Positions 13,300 through 27,034 of a DNA stretch of 64,000 nucleotides are shown here, piece after piece; within the stretch, counting starts at the first letter, position 1; every line of letters starts with the position of its first letter. Source of the DNA: Mytilus trossulus (taxonomy: Eukaryota); assembly GCF_036588685.1 (NCBI RefSeq), contig NC_086375.1, forward strand, positions 91,822,001 through 91,886,000, written 5' to 3'. The notes beneath the pieces are model-generated. The model was not told where the DNA came from. It saw only the letters and a program-made list of their open reading frames with translations, and searched no databases. Position numbers and translations under genes: made by a program.

Positions 13300-14040
13300 T
13301 ATGTTATACACAATGATTTTTATATGTGTATTGGAATGCATAATGTATAAACATGGTTTGATTCAAAATGTAGAAGATGAAATTAATATGAGCAATGTAT
13401 AGGATTCTATACAAACTTTGTAAAAAGAATTTTGGCATCATAAAGTATGGAGTGATGAAAATGTCAATGGTAATAAGTTAAGATTTCATTGATTGTTTAA
13501 AACTTGCATATGTACGGAGCCTTATGTAAAGGTAGTCAATAATAGATGCCACCGACGTATTTTGTCACTTTTCAGAGCTGGTTCGTTACAACTTTAAGTT
13601 GAAACAGGTCGATATTCAAGCCCGTAGCCAGAAATTTTCTAGGGGGGTATTTGGACTCACAAACTCGAGGTTAACAGTCACAATTCGAACAGAATGTTGA
13701 CTTTAACAGTGCTTATTTTTGTTCAAGGGGGGGTTCCTCCAAAACCCCAGAAACCCCCTGGCTACGGGTATGATATTAAAGACCACCAGAACCTCTACAA
13801 GACTGTTTATGTATTTTTTGTGATAGTGGCCAAATTGAAGATGAATAACACTTTCTTTTTAATTGTTGTTTTTACTCTGATATCAGACATGAAATATATG
13901 CCAAGCCTGTCTTTTAAATGTTGATTTTGAGTATTTATGCGATATTGAAAAACTTCGTTTTCTTATGTGTATTGAGAATATGGTTCCTCTTTTAGCTAGT
14001 TCTGTTTATTCTATGATTTACCAACGAAAATATGTCATCT
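13300..14040 (+). pseudogene. Decayed non-LTR retrotransposon ORF2 3' fragment interrupted by a MITE at about 13618-13771
   Basis: FRAGSLQL*VETGRYS, then the MITE with TIRs CCCGTAGCCAG...CTGGCTACGGG, then CIFCDSGQIEDE*HFLFNC. Confidence 0.55.
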
Positions 14041-14271
14041 AGAAATTATATTTGTGGGTTTTTTGGGTGTTTTTTTACCAAATGCTTTATAAATGTATTA
14101 AAGTTGTCCTTTTATGTATGTTTTAGATGTTTGTTTTAATGATAGTGTCTCATAAGCTGTTTTGGGCTGGCATCCTTTTATTAAATGTTAGGTTCTTATG
14201 ACTTTATGTGTCTAGATTAAAACTGACGAGATAATGTAACACCCAGCAACCAAAATCTTTATTATTATGAA

Positions 14272-14445
14272 GCCCAGGTGGTCGGGTGGTCTAGGGCACT
14301 GGATACAGTGCAGGTGATTTGGTGTCACGATATCTCAGAAGCATGGGTTCCAATCCAGGAGAGGGAAGAACAAAAAATTCGTGAAAGCTAATTTACAGAT
14401 CTAACATTGTTGGGTTGATGTTAATACGAGTTGTATATATATATA
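14272..14445 (+). mobile_element. tRNA-derived SINE-like element
   Basis: A-box-like TGGTCGGGTGG, B-box-like GGTTCCAATCC, and a (TA)n tail. Confidence 0.5.
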
Positions 14446-15525
14446 GATACTGTAATGGATGGTGACACTTTATTAAAATAAATCTGATCTTATCTTATCT
14501 TATCTGTTATAACAGTGGCGAGACTATAATAAAATATTGAAACTAATTAAATATTTGAAAAAATAAATCTCAATGGCATTATATTGAATCGAAAGTGCAT
14601 GTATAAATGACTGATTGTTTGAATTTGTACATTTTATTAACTTATAACTTATTTTTTGCAAACATTGTTTATCACAGTTTACAGTTTAAAGTCATAAAAA
14701 TAGCTTTCTTGTTTGGCTTAAGTTTGTTAAAAGCACCTGATTTCCCCCTATAAGTATTTGTTAAACTTGCAGAATTAATGTCTTTGTTTCAATAAAGAAG
14801 TACTTGGCACGAGTAGAATTTTATCCTGTCCAGTACTATGAAGTAAAAATTTCAACCCTTTTTCCTATGAAACTAGATATGACATGCTATGATTTTGTGG
14901 TATTACACCTACAACAATTTCAGTTGACTAAAAAAATATTAACATCACTTCATGCTTTTACATTATAGCAAAAAAAAAACTCTTCATCACTGCCAAGAGT
15001 TACAATGGAAAAAACAACAACATCAGCTTTGTATTAAAAAGTAATCAAGTAAGAGTACTGCCTACAAAAAATATCAGTATAACACTTTGACCTGTTGTCT
15101 ATTACAAACAATCAGTATATTGAATCAAGTGTGTACAAACTGGGATAATTAATAAGCATTTGTCCAAATGGTCAATACAAAATTGAAAAAATGGGGATAA
15201 AATATGAACCAATAATGAACCAATAATGAACCAATAATCAAAGCATCAACACAGGTGAACAGTCAAACATTAAAAGGAATGAATCAACATACTGTTATGA
15301 CAATGGATTCCTTTTAAAATTAAATGTCTGCAGTTGTAGTTCACTGGGTAATTGTGGATACAATTTTCTAGAAAGATATAATAATCTATTATTTTACTAT
15401 TTTAATGAGAAAGCACATTTCAATATAAAAAATGAATATACAAAAATACATATTTACAGAAGTATTATAATGTTCAGCAATTGATAAGGTTCACATCCTT
15501 CCCTGATTATTTGCACATATTCACT

Positions 15526-18500
15526 TCAATTTCCTTCCAGCATAGACACAAATTCTGCAACAACAAAAAATCAATTAAATTCATAACAAGACATGAGAAA
15601 GAAATTGGCTTACTCATATTATATTTAAAAGTCTAAGCAATGTACGCTTTTTTATTAGGTTTTTAACAAGATTTTTTTTCCAAACTTACCAGCTGTGTTG
15701 CTGAAAGCTTGACATAGGGATAGTTATAAGGTGGCGGCGGTGTTAGCTTACTTCTTAAAAGCTTTGTATTTTAGAAGGTAGAAGATCTGGATGATTCATA
15801 CTTTGTATATAGATGCCTCATGTTACAAAGTTTTCGTCAGTCACATGTCCAATGTCCCTGAACTCATTTTCATGGTTAAGTGACTACTTAAAAAAGTTGA
15901 GATTTTTTGTAATGTTAAATTCTCTCGTATTGTAAGTAATTGGATAACTATATTTGGTATGTGCGTACCTAGTAAGGTCCCCAAGCCCATCAGACAGTTT
16001 TCACTTGACCTCGACCTCATTTCATGGATCAGTGCACAAGGTTAAGTTTTGGTTGTCAAGTCCATATCCCAGATACTATTAGCAATAGGTCTAGTATATT
16101 TGATGTATGGAACAATTGTAAGGTGTCAGCTGGCCTTTACCTCATTTTTGTGTTTCGGTCTTTTTTTTCTAATACATGTACTATATGCAATAGGTCGACT
16201 ATATTTGGTGTATGAAAATATTTTATGATCTATATGTCAGTTGCACAACTCTTTTGAGGGGTCCGTAGGTTGTTGCATGGCAAAATTTCTGTCCCTATCC
16301 AATATTCCCTCATTTTCCAGTGGCAGTCCAAATTTCCCTGACCATCATCCCAGATGGCCTCTATTATATCAACCTACCAATTGTATTTATTGTGAATTTG
16401 TTCTCGTCCTGAATATGCATGAAATATTTGCCACTGGACGTTAAGCAACCAACAATCAATCAATCAATCAATATGTCAGTTGCACAGGTTTTATTTTACC
16501 TTGACCTTGGCCTCATTTTCACAGTTCATTGGTTAATGTACAGTTTTCTTGGTTAATGTTTAGTTAATGTGACAGTTGTAATAAAGCTTTATATTTAGGA
16601 CTATCAACATAATATTAATGATTATTAAAGAAGGCAAGACATTTCAACGTGTGCATTCTTGTCTAAGTTATCTGCTTTGTCATTTTTGGTTGAAGAGTTA
16701 ATGCATGTTCATTTCCCAACCAGGTAAATACAAGGACTTTACACTGTAAGAGGAGTTGTTTTGTATTTTGCTGTTACAACACTGTAACATGTTATGAGAG
16801 GGCTGAGCGATCACAGACTTGTTTTATCCCATTTATTTAATATGCCTGTTCCAAGTTAAAAGCTTGTATTTCAGTGGTTTTCATTTGTTGCTTTCTGTCA
16901 TATTTGTTTTAAGTTTATTGTAATTTTGTTTGCTAATAGTTGACGACCATACAGTGACCTACAGTTGCTTAAATCAACGTCATTTGGTGGATAGCTTTAC
17001 ATCTCATTGGCAATCGTTATTTGTATTTTACAGTTAATAATTTGTATGCGTAATATACGTATGATACTTGCCAATTGGCATCAGCAGCCAATAGTTCAAT
17101 CAATTACTATTGGAACTTAAGGATACCAAACACTAAATGTTTCTGAAGATAACGATTTTTTTTTAATATTCAAAACAGGAGCAAGTAACTTTTTGACGGA
17201 TTTTGGAGGGTTTTCAATTATTTTTTCATGTCCTTGGTCATGTTTCGTGGACTGCAATGTATACATGGAATTGATTAATTTGGCGGCGAAATTAATGTTG
17301 ATGGTAGATCTGTCATAGTCTGTTAAAATGATCACAACGTCTGTACACTGAGAGCTATTTCAGTCGATGTAAAAAATGAAACATTGTGTAGGCACTATTT
17401 TTGAAGCCCGTATGTTGACCTCTAAATGTATTTTGTGTTGCTTGTTTTATTGTTGCCGACTGCTATCACATTGACTGTTTACTGTGGGGTAGCCACTAGA
17501 AAAAGTGAAGGCTGGTGTTCTAGGGCGATAGCCCAATTAAGCTTATAATTACCGATTGCAATAAAATTATTGTTGGAAAACAAATGTTTTATGAAATTAT
17601 TTTTAAGCCTATGATTACAATGCTTCAATGGTGCTATGCCACGGGTTATACTAATATATCTATTTTAATTCGTATATATTTTGATATAGACATTCTAATG
17701 AGGATTCCATCGGGTTGGGTTTCAAATGATCCAGAGATTTCGGAGGAGATGTAATTGTTTTGTAAACTGAATTCACGCCGATCGACAGACAATAGACGCC
17801 AGTGTGACAATCGGTAACACTAACCATTTGGACAGTACTGAGTTCAAAAGCATAAATTCAAAGCTGATAAATTTTGGCTGACTGACTTTGCCGTTTTAAA
17901 TTTATTAACCTTCGTTGCTGTTGTAGATATAACTTTAGCGATATTATACATTCGTTGCACAACATAACTTAGTTACCTTGATAGTTTATTTTACCATCGC
18001 CATCCACATCAGCATCTTTAACCAGAGCATCTAGTTCTTCATCAGAAATCTTCTCTCCATTGTTCGATAGAATTGTTTTAAGTTCTGGTGCAGTTACATA
18101 ACCATCTCCATTTTTATCAAACAGCCTGAACGCATCGCGCACCTCATCTGCTAAGTCAACTGATTTCATCATGTCTGTAGCCATTTGGAGAAATTCAGGG
18201 AATTCTATTGTTCCGTTACCTTTGATAGAAAAAATAATTTAACAGTAATTTGACCTTGATTCCGGTTAAAAATCGATATTTGAAATGCAGATGCTGTATC
18301 CGCTTTGCTTTTATACAGCTGAAAACTAATTCCCTATGCAATCAAGTTTACTAATGTAAGTACAAACATGGAATGACATGAATACCAACAGACGGCAATT
18401 ATGTATCCCAAACTCCCAACTGAAACTAATAACATACCATCGGTGTCAGCTTTCTGTACCATTTCTTTGACCTCATTTTCTGTTGGATTTTGTCCCAGTG

Positions 18501-19133
18501 ATCTCATTACAGTGTCGAGTTCTTTGATCGTTATGGTCCCATCGCCGTCTTTGTCAAAAAGTTCAAAAACCTCTTTAAAATCTAATGAAAAATAGAAAAT
18601 ATCCATTGATATTATTGGACTTGCGGGGGTGGGGGGGGGGGGGTGTCTTGGGACAAACCCTTGTGTTTTACTTTAATAAGTAAGAAAATATTTGTTGATA
18701 CTAACAATACAGGAACTCAATGGGAAACATACAATTTTGTTATCTCAATTTTTCCATGTCCCATAAAACAGATAAATACAAAAATTGATATCATGATCGC
18801 ATATGAAATTGCTTTGTCAAACCGACAAAACAATTGACTGACTTTCTGGGTAGATAAAACGAGTAATCATGTTGTTACTAACATTTTTATACATCAGTTT
18901 AGTCTGATTTGTAAAGCAGATACGGAAATACTTGTATACATCTCACCTGATACAACTTTAGCAGATCTTTCTGAATGAGTTGTCTGAAAGAATAAATTTC
19001 ATTAATAGTAAAATTGATATATGTGCTGCATATAATGTATTTAAATCAAACCATGTAATTTGGAGAAAAAAAAGAGATGCAATGATTGAAATTTACCCGG
19101 CATTACAAAGAGGACTCTTTCATGACTTACCAT
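15526..19133 (-). CDS. Calmodulin-like EF-hand protein (151 aa, four EF-hands)
   Basis: Exons on minus: 19133-19131 (ATG|gtaagt), 18983-18947 (37 nt), 18581-18438 (144 nt), 18219-17977 (243 nt), 15554-15526 (29 nt). This is the calmodulin gene layout, including the ATG-only first coding exon. Loops are [36 protein letters not shown] and [12 protein letters not shown]. Too divergent to be calmodulin itself. Confidence 0.9.
15665..16662 (+). mobile_element. Helentron-associated (HINE/DINE-like) non-autonomous element, degenerate copy
   Basis: Collinear with the better-preserved copy at 53383-54506: 5' hairpin, GGC microsatellite, internal TGACCTTGACCTCATTTTC repeats, 3' GTGTGCA(C/T)TCTTGT. Confidence 0.6.
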
Positions 19134-20495
19134 TTCATTTTATTCGTGACACACACGTGTATAAGAAAACTGTTGACGTATTCGAGTATATACACATATA
19201 TACATTGACGTATATACCCTAGATTTCCCTTCAGTCATATTCACATATATAACATACACACCTTAAATAAAATTTTAAGTTTAAATCCTTTTTAAAGTAC
19301 AATATATATTTATATGTATGATTAAGACAAAATAAGATAGTTTACGTACCTTTTCAAACAAGGAATTAATACTACCCATTTAAAACCAGTCGGGAATAGA
19401 CTTTACACAATCATATATTATATCACCGTATAGTTAATACATATATTCTTATACACGAATTGTCCGAATTCTTATTCATTTGACGTTAGAATTCTGATTT
19501 TAAAGAAGTATGAATTTAGGCGAACATTCATTCCAGTCTGTGTTTACTTCTGTACAAAAATCTGTGCGGACAGAAGTTTAAATCCTAAGCGATTTCTTGC
19601 TTTTTTTAAATGTATTTAGTTTGTCAACCTTTCATTCAAAGTGAATGTGTGATGTAATTTGAAGCCGTGTACAGGGCTGGGAAATATGTCAATTAAGTAA
19701 GATTTAAGACGACATGTTAAAAAAAGATTTATAAAAAATGCGCCTAATATTTTATACTGCTTATGTTAAGCATGTTAAGAGCACCACATATAACTTGACT
19801 TAGAAGTAAACGGGTAACATCGAGTCCAGTACATAAAACAATGCTTCACGTCTCAGTTAAAAATGAAATGCGCTCTGCCAATACTTTGATTATCCTCCAA
19901 TGGTCGGTTGATCATTGATGTTGAAACTAACATGTTTATTTGTTGCAATTTGCAACAATTAAACATATACGGTATAGTTTTTTGTCATTGTTGAAGGTGG
20001 TAATCTTAAAGATAGTTTCTTTCGTCTAAATAATTTGTACGCTGTTAGATATTTTTCTCATTTGCAATCATATTGATCATATTGATCTAAATATTGATAT
20101 TATTGCAAATGATCAACTTGTATTTTTTATCCATCTGATGAGTTAAGCCTTTTGAAACTGATTTTTATATAGTTCGTTCTTATGCTGAGCTGTTATACCA
20201 CTGTCCCAGCCGGTAAGGGGAAGGGTTGGGATCCCACTAATAAGTTTAACTCCGCCACAATCTGTATGTATGTGCCTGTCCCAAGTCAGGAGCCTGTAAT
20301 TCAGTGGTTGTCGTTTGTTTATGTGTTACATATTAGTTTTTCGTTCATATTTTGAACATTAAATAAGGCCGTTAGTTTTCTCGTTTGAATTGTTTTACAT
20401 TGTCATTTGATGGCATTTTATAGCTGACTTTGCGGTATTGGCTTTGCTCATTGTTGAAGGCCGTACGGTGACCGAAAGTTGTTAATTTTTGTGTC

Positions 20496-20724
20496 TGTGC
20501 TGTCTCACAAGTAAACACAGCTAACCATGGTATATCTTTATTGTTAATTGTTGTACAATTGTCATATACTGAATGCGGTGAAAAGATTGTGCTTGGATTA
20601 ACAGATTATTACTTTTAGATGATAGAATTAAAACGTGATAGTTTCAAGGAAGTTATCGTAATTCAATGATAAAAAAATCAAATCGGAAAAAGCTTTACAA
20701 AATTCCGGAAATCGTTCCAGCATA
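20496..20724 (-). repeat. 3' LTR
   Basis: Direct repeat of 27035-27263. Confidence 0.97.
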
Positions 20725-20924
20725 CTCCTCGCCTGATATTGAAAATTTCACCTTAAACTCAACAATATCAAAAATAAAAACAAAAAAGAAACTTGCAACG
20801 TACATATTTACAAGTGTTTATAAGACATTGATTCATATTTAGAAGACTAAACATTTTTCATTAATAATGTCAAAATATATGCAAAAATACCAAAGTTCAA
20901 AGTTCACATGTACTTTAACACTGA

Positions 20925-23900
20925 TTATTGTTCTACAAGCAGAACCACTTCACTGATAGGACGCAAGAATGTTTTTGGGTTGCCATCTATAATCATTCTG
21001 AGTTCTACCTTTCGGACTAGTCCATCATCACTGGGCATGACTTTTGTAACAATACCCAAAGGCCAAGAATTTCGAGAGAGTTCCTTGTCACGAACGAGTA
21101 CAACGTCACCTAGTGAAACATTCTTTTCTACAGAAGTCCATTTCCTTCGATTTTGTAGTGTATTGAGGTATTCAACTTTCCAACGCTTCCAGAAGATTGC
21201 AGCGAGATTTTGAACCCTTTTCCACTGTTTACGGAGAAGATCCTTTTTGTCAACAGTTTCAAAATCTATGATGTTAGATTGCAATACATTAGATTTCTGA
21301 GAGAGTAATGTCAACGGTGAAAGAATAAATGGATTGTTAGGATCTGTTGATGTTTCGACAAGTGGTCTAGAGTTTATGATATAACTAGCCTCGGCTAAGA
21401 ATGTTGTGAGTACTTCATGAGTCAAACTACGAGATCCATATTCAAGCAGCATGGCATCCAAAATACGACGAGTCACACCAATCATCCTTTCCCACACTCC
21501 TCCCATGTGTGAAGAGTGTGGTGAATTGAAGATCCATGAAATTCCATGTTTTTGTAAGAAATTCTTAATCGGTCCATTTTCCACTTCTATGACATTTATA
21601 TTCATTTCATTCACGGTACCTACAAAATTTGTGCCTCTATCTGAACGAAATATTCTGACAGGACCACGTATTGCTTGAAATCTGAGTAACGCGTTAATGA
21701 ATGATGAAGCTGACATCTCCTCCACGACTTCGATGTGGACGGCTCGTGTTACAAGACATGTGAAGAGAGCAGCCCATCGTTTACTGTTTGCTGCACCGCC
21801 TCTGGTTTTCCTTGTTAACACCTCCCACGGACCAAACATATCAACGCCGACAGACGAAAAAGGTGGTTGTTCGGGCTCAATGCGATCAACAGGTAAGTTT
21901 GACATTTTTTGACATTGGAATTCTTTCCTGAGTTTTCTGCAAGTAACACACTTGTGCAGAATGGATGAAACAAGTCTTTTGCCACCTACTACCCAGTATC
22001 CTGCTGAACGAATTCGGCCTTCAGTAAAATGGCGTCCCTGATGTTTCACATCTTCATGGTATTTACGGACGATAAGAGTTGTAACATGATGTTTTGCAGG
22101 TAAGATGATAGGATTCTTGAAGGAAGAATCAAATTTAATATGTTTCAAGCGTCCACCTACACGTAGGAGCCCATCATTGCCGATAAATGGATCCAGTTGT
22201 ACTATAGAACTGTGTTTGTTTAGAGGCTTTGAGTCACGAATATCATTTAATTCACTTTCATAAAATTGCTGCTGTACCTCTCTTAGAACAAGCTGCTCTG
22301 TGTTGTGCAGCAATTCAACATTGTCCATGTTCTTTGAGCCATCTGATCGCTTCAAATTTAAATGACGCCGAATGAATTTTCGAACTGTAGCTAAGGCAAA
22401 ATTCAATCTATTCCAATCAGAGAATTTCTCAAATACACTGTTGCCAAGACCATTCGGTTTAACATTCTCAATATCAACTTTGTTCGAACGGATTTCCACA
22501 TCAACATCTGGCTGAATGAGTTAGAAGTCGGAATCTTTATCCAAAGATACATTAGGTGCTTCGATTCTGCTTGGCCCATGTAGTCAGAGACTATTCTGTA
22601 AGTCTGCGGGATGAATACCTCTAGTTCCTATATCGGCAGGGTTCTTTTCAGAACGAACATAGAGCCATTGAGTAGGTTCGCTATAACTTCTGATCCTTGC
22701 AACACGGTTGGCTACGTAAACAAAAAAGCGTCTCTTTTCATTGTTAATATAGCCTAAGACTACTCGACTATCACTGAAATATTTGATGTTATCAATATTG
22801 ATCTGCAAGTGGTCCACTGCAATCTGAGCAATTTCAACCCCTAGCACTGCAGAACAGAGTTCTAGTCTTGGAATGGTGGTACATTTCGCTGGAGCAACCT
22901 TGGCTTTACATAGCACGAATCCAGTAGAAGTAGAACCATCCGAATAACTAACATGAAGGTAACACACAGCTGCAATGGCAAGTTCTGACGCATCAAAGTA
23001 AATAAATAGTTCCTTGTTTACAGCATTGCTAAGATTTGGCACGATAATACGGGGTATGCGCAAATCCTCTAAGTCAGGTAAGTTTTGACTCCATTTATTC
23101 CATTCAGTCAACAAATGTTCAGGCAATGGATCATCCCAATCAAATGTTGAAGACACTATTTTTCGAAGTATGATTTTGCCTTGCACAGTTATTGGGGAGA
23201 TAAATCCCATTGGGTCGTAAAGACTATTAACAACTGAGAGTATGCCTCTACGCGTTGCTGATTTAGTTTCATTAGAGATGCTGAATTTAAAGGTATCGGA
23301 TCCTAAATCCCACAGCAGACCTAGGCTACGCTGAGTAGGTGAGTCTTTCTCAAAGTCCATATCCACGAGTCCCTTTGCTAAGTCTCCGGGTTCCAACGCA
23401 TTCATAACAACTTTGCTATTGGACGCAAATTTATGAAGTCGCAGATTTCCATGCATTTTCATGGCTTCTTGGGTTTTTAGAATCAAGTCTATAGCATCTT
23501 GGCTTGACGGGCAAGACTTCAAGCCATCATCAACATAGAAATCATTGTTTATAAAATTCTTCACATCGTCACCATGAGATTCAGTGGCTAATTCTCCTAT
23601 TCGACGTAATCCATACATAGCTATTGAGGGCGAAGGTCGATTCCCAAAGACATGTACACGCATACGGTAAGTAACAAGTGGGTTTTCAATCACATTATCT
23701 TTGTGCCATAGAAATCTGAGGAAATCTCTATGTTCTTCCTGTACCATGAACGAATGGAACATTTGCTGGATATCAGCGACTACTCCTACCATCTCTTTTC
23801 TAAATCGAATAAGTATTCCGAGAAGACTGTTGATGAGATCAGGACCTTGAAGCAGCTGGTCATTCAGTGAAACATTGTTGAATTTTGCAGATGCGTCAAA

Positions 23901-26900
23901 GACGCCGCGAATTTGCTCTGGCTTGCGAGGGTGATATACCCCGAATAATGGAAGGTACCAACGTTCTCTATCAGGAGGTAGATACGGGGCAATTTCAGCA
24001 TGGTGATTGTCAATAATTGTCTGCATGAATTCGAGTAGATGCTGCTTCTTTGTTTCATTCCTATGCAGTGAAGCATCTAGAGATTTGGCACGATTAAGCG
24101 CAAGCAGATAATTGTCTGGCATAGCATAATGTGGTGAACCAAAAGGTAAAGGCGCTACCCATTTACCATCAAAGTCTAGGCGAAATTCTTTGTCCATTAT
24201 GTCTAGAAATTTACGATCTTCAATTGACAGTCCGGGCTTATTGTCGTGACTAGTTGTTTCGAAAATGTTATATTTTGTCAATTGGGGTTGTTCACTTCTG
24301 ATGAATGTTTTTCGAACGTTAATAATTTGTTCACATGGTTTCAAACTCGTAGGGCGCCCATTATCTATGATGAAATTCTGATCACACTCCGCTGATGAAG
24401 GACAATGTTGTCCAAAGAGACAAACATCACCAATGATAGTCCAACCTAGTGGTGAACGTTGTGCAAAAGGTGACCGTGGAGGTCCTAACTTTTGTTCAAG
24501 AACGTGGTGAGCACTTGAAAGGTCACGGCCTATCAGTAACATTATTTTCATAGAAGCGTCGTGTTCATGTAATTGATGAGCAATGTCATGCAAGTGTGGG
24601 TAATGGCGAGCAACATCCGGTGTCGGAATTTCAGTTTGATTGTCTGGAATATTGTCACATTCTATAACAGGTGGTAATTTCATTTGCAGATTGTTACTGA
24701 CGCTTTCAACTACCAGTCCTCCTACAATCCGTCCACTACTTGTCGACCTTCCGGAACATGATTCCATCTTGTATTCGATTGTTTCAGATTCAACAGATAA
24801 GCTATCAAACAAACAAGTTTTTCCTAGAGTCCTATTGCTTTGGTCATCAAGCATTGCATATGCGAGTACAGCTTTGTCCGGTTGTCCTTCCGGAAATATT
24901 CGCACTGGAAGAATTTTTGCGCATGATTTGCCTGTAAAGCTGGGAATACCACAAATCTCGGTACAACGAGAGCTTACTTCTGCTGGTGTCTCCTCGCCAT
25001 GCTTTGGTGCAGCATTACCAGTTCTTTGATTCGAGTTATTGTTAATGTCTGCATTATTATTGTTAAAGTCTATATGAAGAGCAGTGCAATGAGTTGACGC
25101 TTTGCATATGTCACACTGTATCTGAGCCCGACAACGGTTTGCAAAATGGTCTGAAGTATCGCAACAACGTAAACAAATGTTATGACTTCGAAGCAGAGTT
25201 TTTCTGTTTTCTAAACTTTTGCACCGGAAAGCTTTACACTCATTAATGGTGTGTTTGGCTCCAATGTGAATCAAACAGGCATGTGTTGAGTTTGAGTTTG
25301 ACTTTGTTACAGGAGTAGAATTTACCTCCATCTTATTTGCCGTTATAAGATGCTGATCTTTTTGTTTGTACATAGTGTTTTGTGGTTTACTGTAACTTGG
25401 TTTTCTTGTTGAATGATTCATAGGTGTTTCAAAAAGGAGACTTGGGTCATTTCGAATAACACTTATTTCACCAATGAATTTTAAGAACTCGCTAAAAGGC
25501 GGGAAAATCACTTGGTTCTGCTTCTTATAATTCACCACTCGTGTGATCCATTTATCTTGAATAAACTTTGGCAGTTTTTGAACTATTGGTCTAATGCCTA
25601 GTGAGGAGTCTAAGTATGAAAATATCACACTATATTCTCGGAGTGTTTTCACAGCCTGAATTTCATTTAGCAAATCGTGTAGGTCATAAAGAACTTTACG
25701 GTCAATCATATTTGGCAAATTTGAAAGTTTTGTTTTCAAAGCAGATTCTAATAACTCTGCTGAACCGAAACGTTGGTCTAGTCTATTCCAAATATTGGTT
25801 AAACACAAGTCTGGACTGTCGGCACATGAAGCCCTGGTGCTCATGATCAGACGATAAGCATCGGAATCCTTTTTTACACAATTTGTCAACAGAGTGATTT
25901 CTTCTAATGCAGAACATTGAATGTCAGCAGCCATAACTTTGAATTGTTTTTTCCACACGATGTAACGGTCTGGCTTGTCGTCAAATCTTTGTTGTTGAAA
26001 GCTTTCTAACAATAAGTTTTTCTTAATAAGAAACGTTGATGTAAATTGTGTTTCTGCAGTAGCGCTATTGTGTGAAGCTGAGATTAAAGTGGTTGGCCCT
26101 TGGACTGGCATTGTTGGTTTTGCAGTAGTTGTTTGTTTAGGAATAGTGTGAACAATGTTCTGTACTATTGGTGTAGAAGCAGTAATATCTTTTTGAAAAT
26201 AGTCTGGCGTGACTGCAGGTACAAACAATTTTGCTTCAGCTGATAGAGGTTTGTCGTGTGGAGAAGTAGAGCCCAATCCATCTAGATAGTTTAAAGTTCT
26301 TTCGAACGCACCAATTTCCTCTTTAGGTAAGATATCAGACCCATCATGGTCAGATCCGCCTTGAGAATGTCTCTCTAGATAAGTTGCTTCTACATCAGCC
26401 GCTGCTGCATTTTTTTGTTGTGCAAGAATTTCTAGCTGTAAGGATTTTTCAAATTGTTCTTTTTTCAATGCCACTTCTTTTTCAACATATTTGAGCTTTA
26501 TTTTTTCAGATTCTGCTTTGGCTCTTAGCCCAACTGTACGACTCCCAGATGCTGACGAACGAGTTCTGTCTGATCTTTGTGACGTGTGCGATTTAACTGA
26601 TTTTGTTTCAACGGATTCCTTTGCAAACTGAATTTTGTCCATTAACATACTGTATTTGTTTTTAACATCAGTCATTATCACCCAGTATGATTCCAATTCG
26701 TTTTGGGCTTCTGAATCTCTTGAACGTGACAGAAAATCAATGTACTCATTTGCATTTTTGTCATATCTTTTGTACACAGTGTCTAAATCTGTTTCTGCAT
26801 TTTGTAATGCTGACAAAGACTTTGGTAGTGTATTAAGATTGTTCATACAATTTGATAACATGAAACTTGACACTTTTGCCCTTTTTATGTGAGTGTCCTT

Positions 26901-26993
26901 TTGTTCCTGGTGGAACAGAGTTCCCTTTTCAGTCATCTGACTAGTTCGTTGATCTGTGTCTCCTTCACGACTGTCTGTAAACATGGCGGACAT
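20925..26993 (-). pseudogene. BEL/Pao gag-pol polyprotein (about 2022 codons, one frame, two in-frame stops)
   Basis: Three Gag zinc knuckles, protease AMLDDQS, RT RGVFDAS/GPDL/DIQQMF/FYVDD, RNase H DAS/TIPRLEL/NPAD, integrase HHCC plus DMFGP/SDRGTNF/GGVWERM. Stops TGA 22584-22586 and TAA 22521-22523 separate the two track ORFs, which share a frame. Confidence 0.93.
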
Positions 26994-27034
26994 GTACCAG
27001 TGTGTTGTAAGGATCCTTCAAGTAATCTTTTCAC

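Noticed and set aside
14272-14375. Functional tRNA gene
   Set aside because: It has A/B-box-like motifs but no clean cloverleaf, and it continues into a SINE-like body and TA tail.
18947-19103. Alternative calmodulin-like start (ATG CCG G|gt at 19103 with a 24-nt exon)
   Set aside because: It is in frame, but the ATG|gtaagt (19133) plus 37-nt exon model has stronger splice sites and matches canonical calmodulin gene structure.
20130-20162. Hammerhead ribozyme core CTGATGAG...GAAAC
   Set aside because: Stem II and the flanking stems do not pair convincingly; treated as part of an ordinary interspersed repeat.
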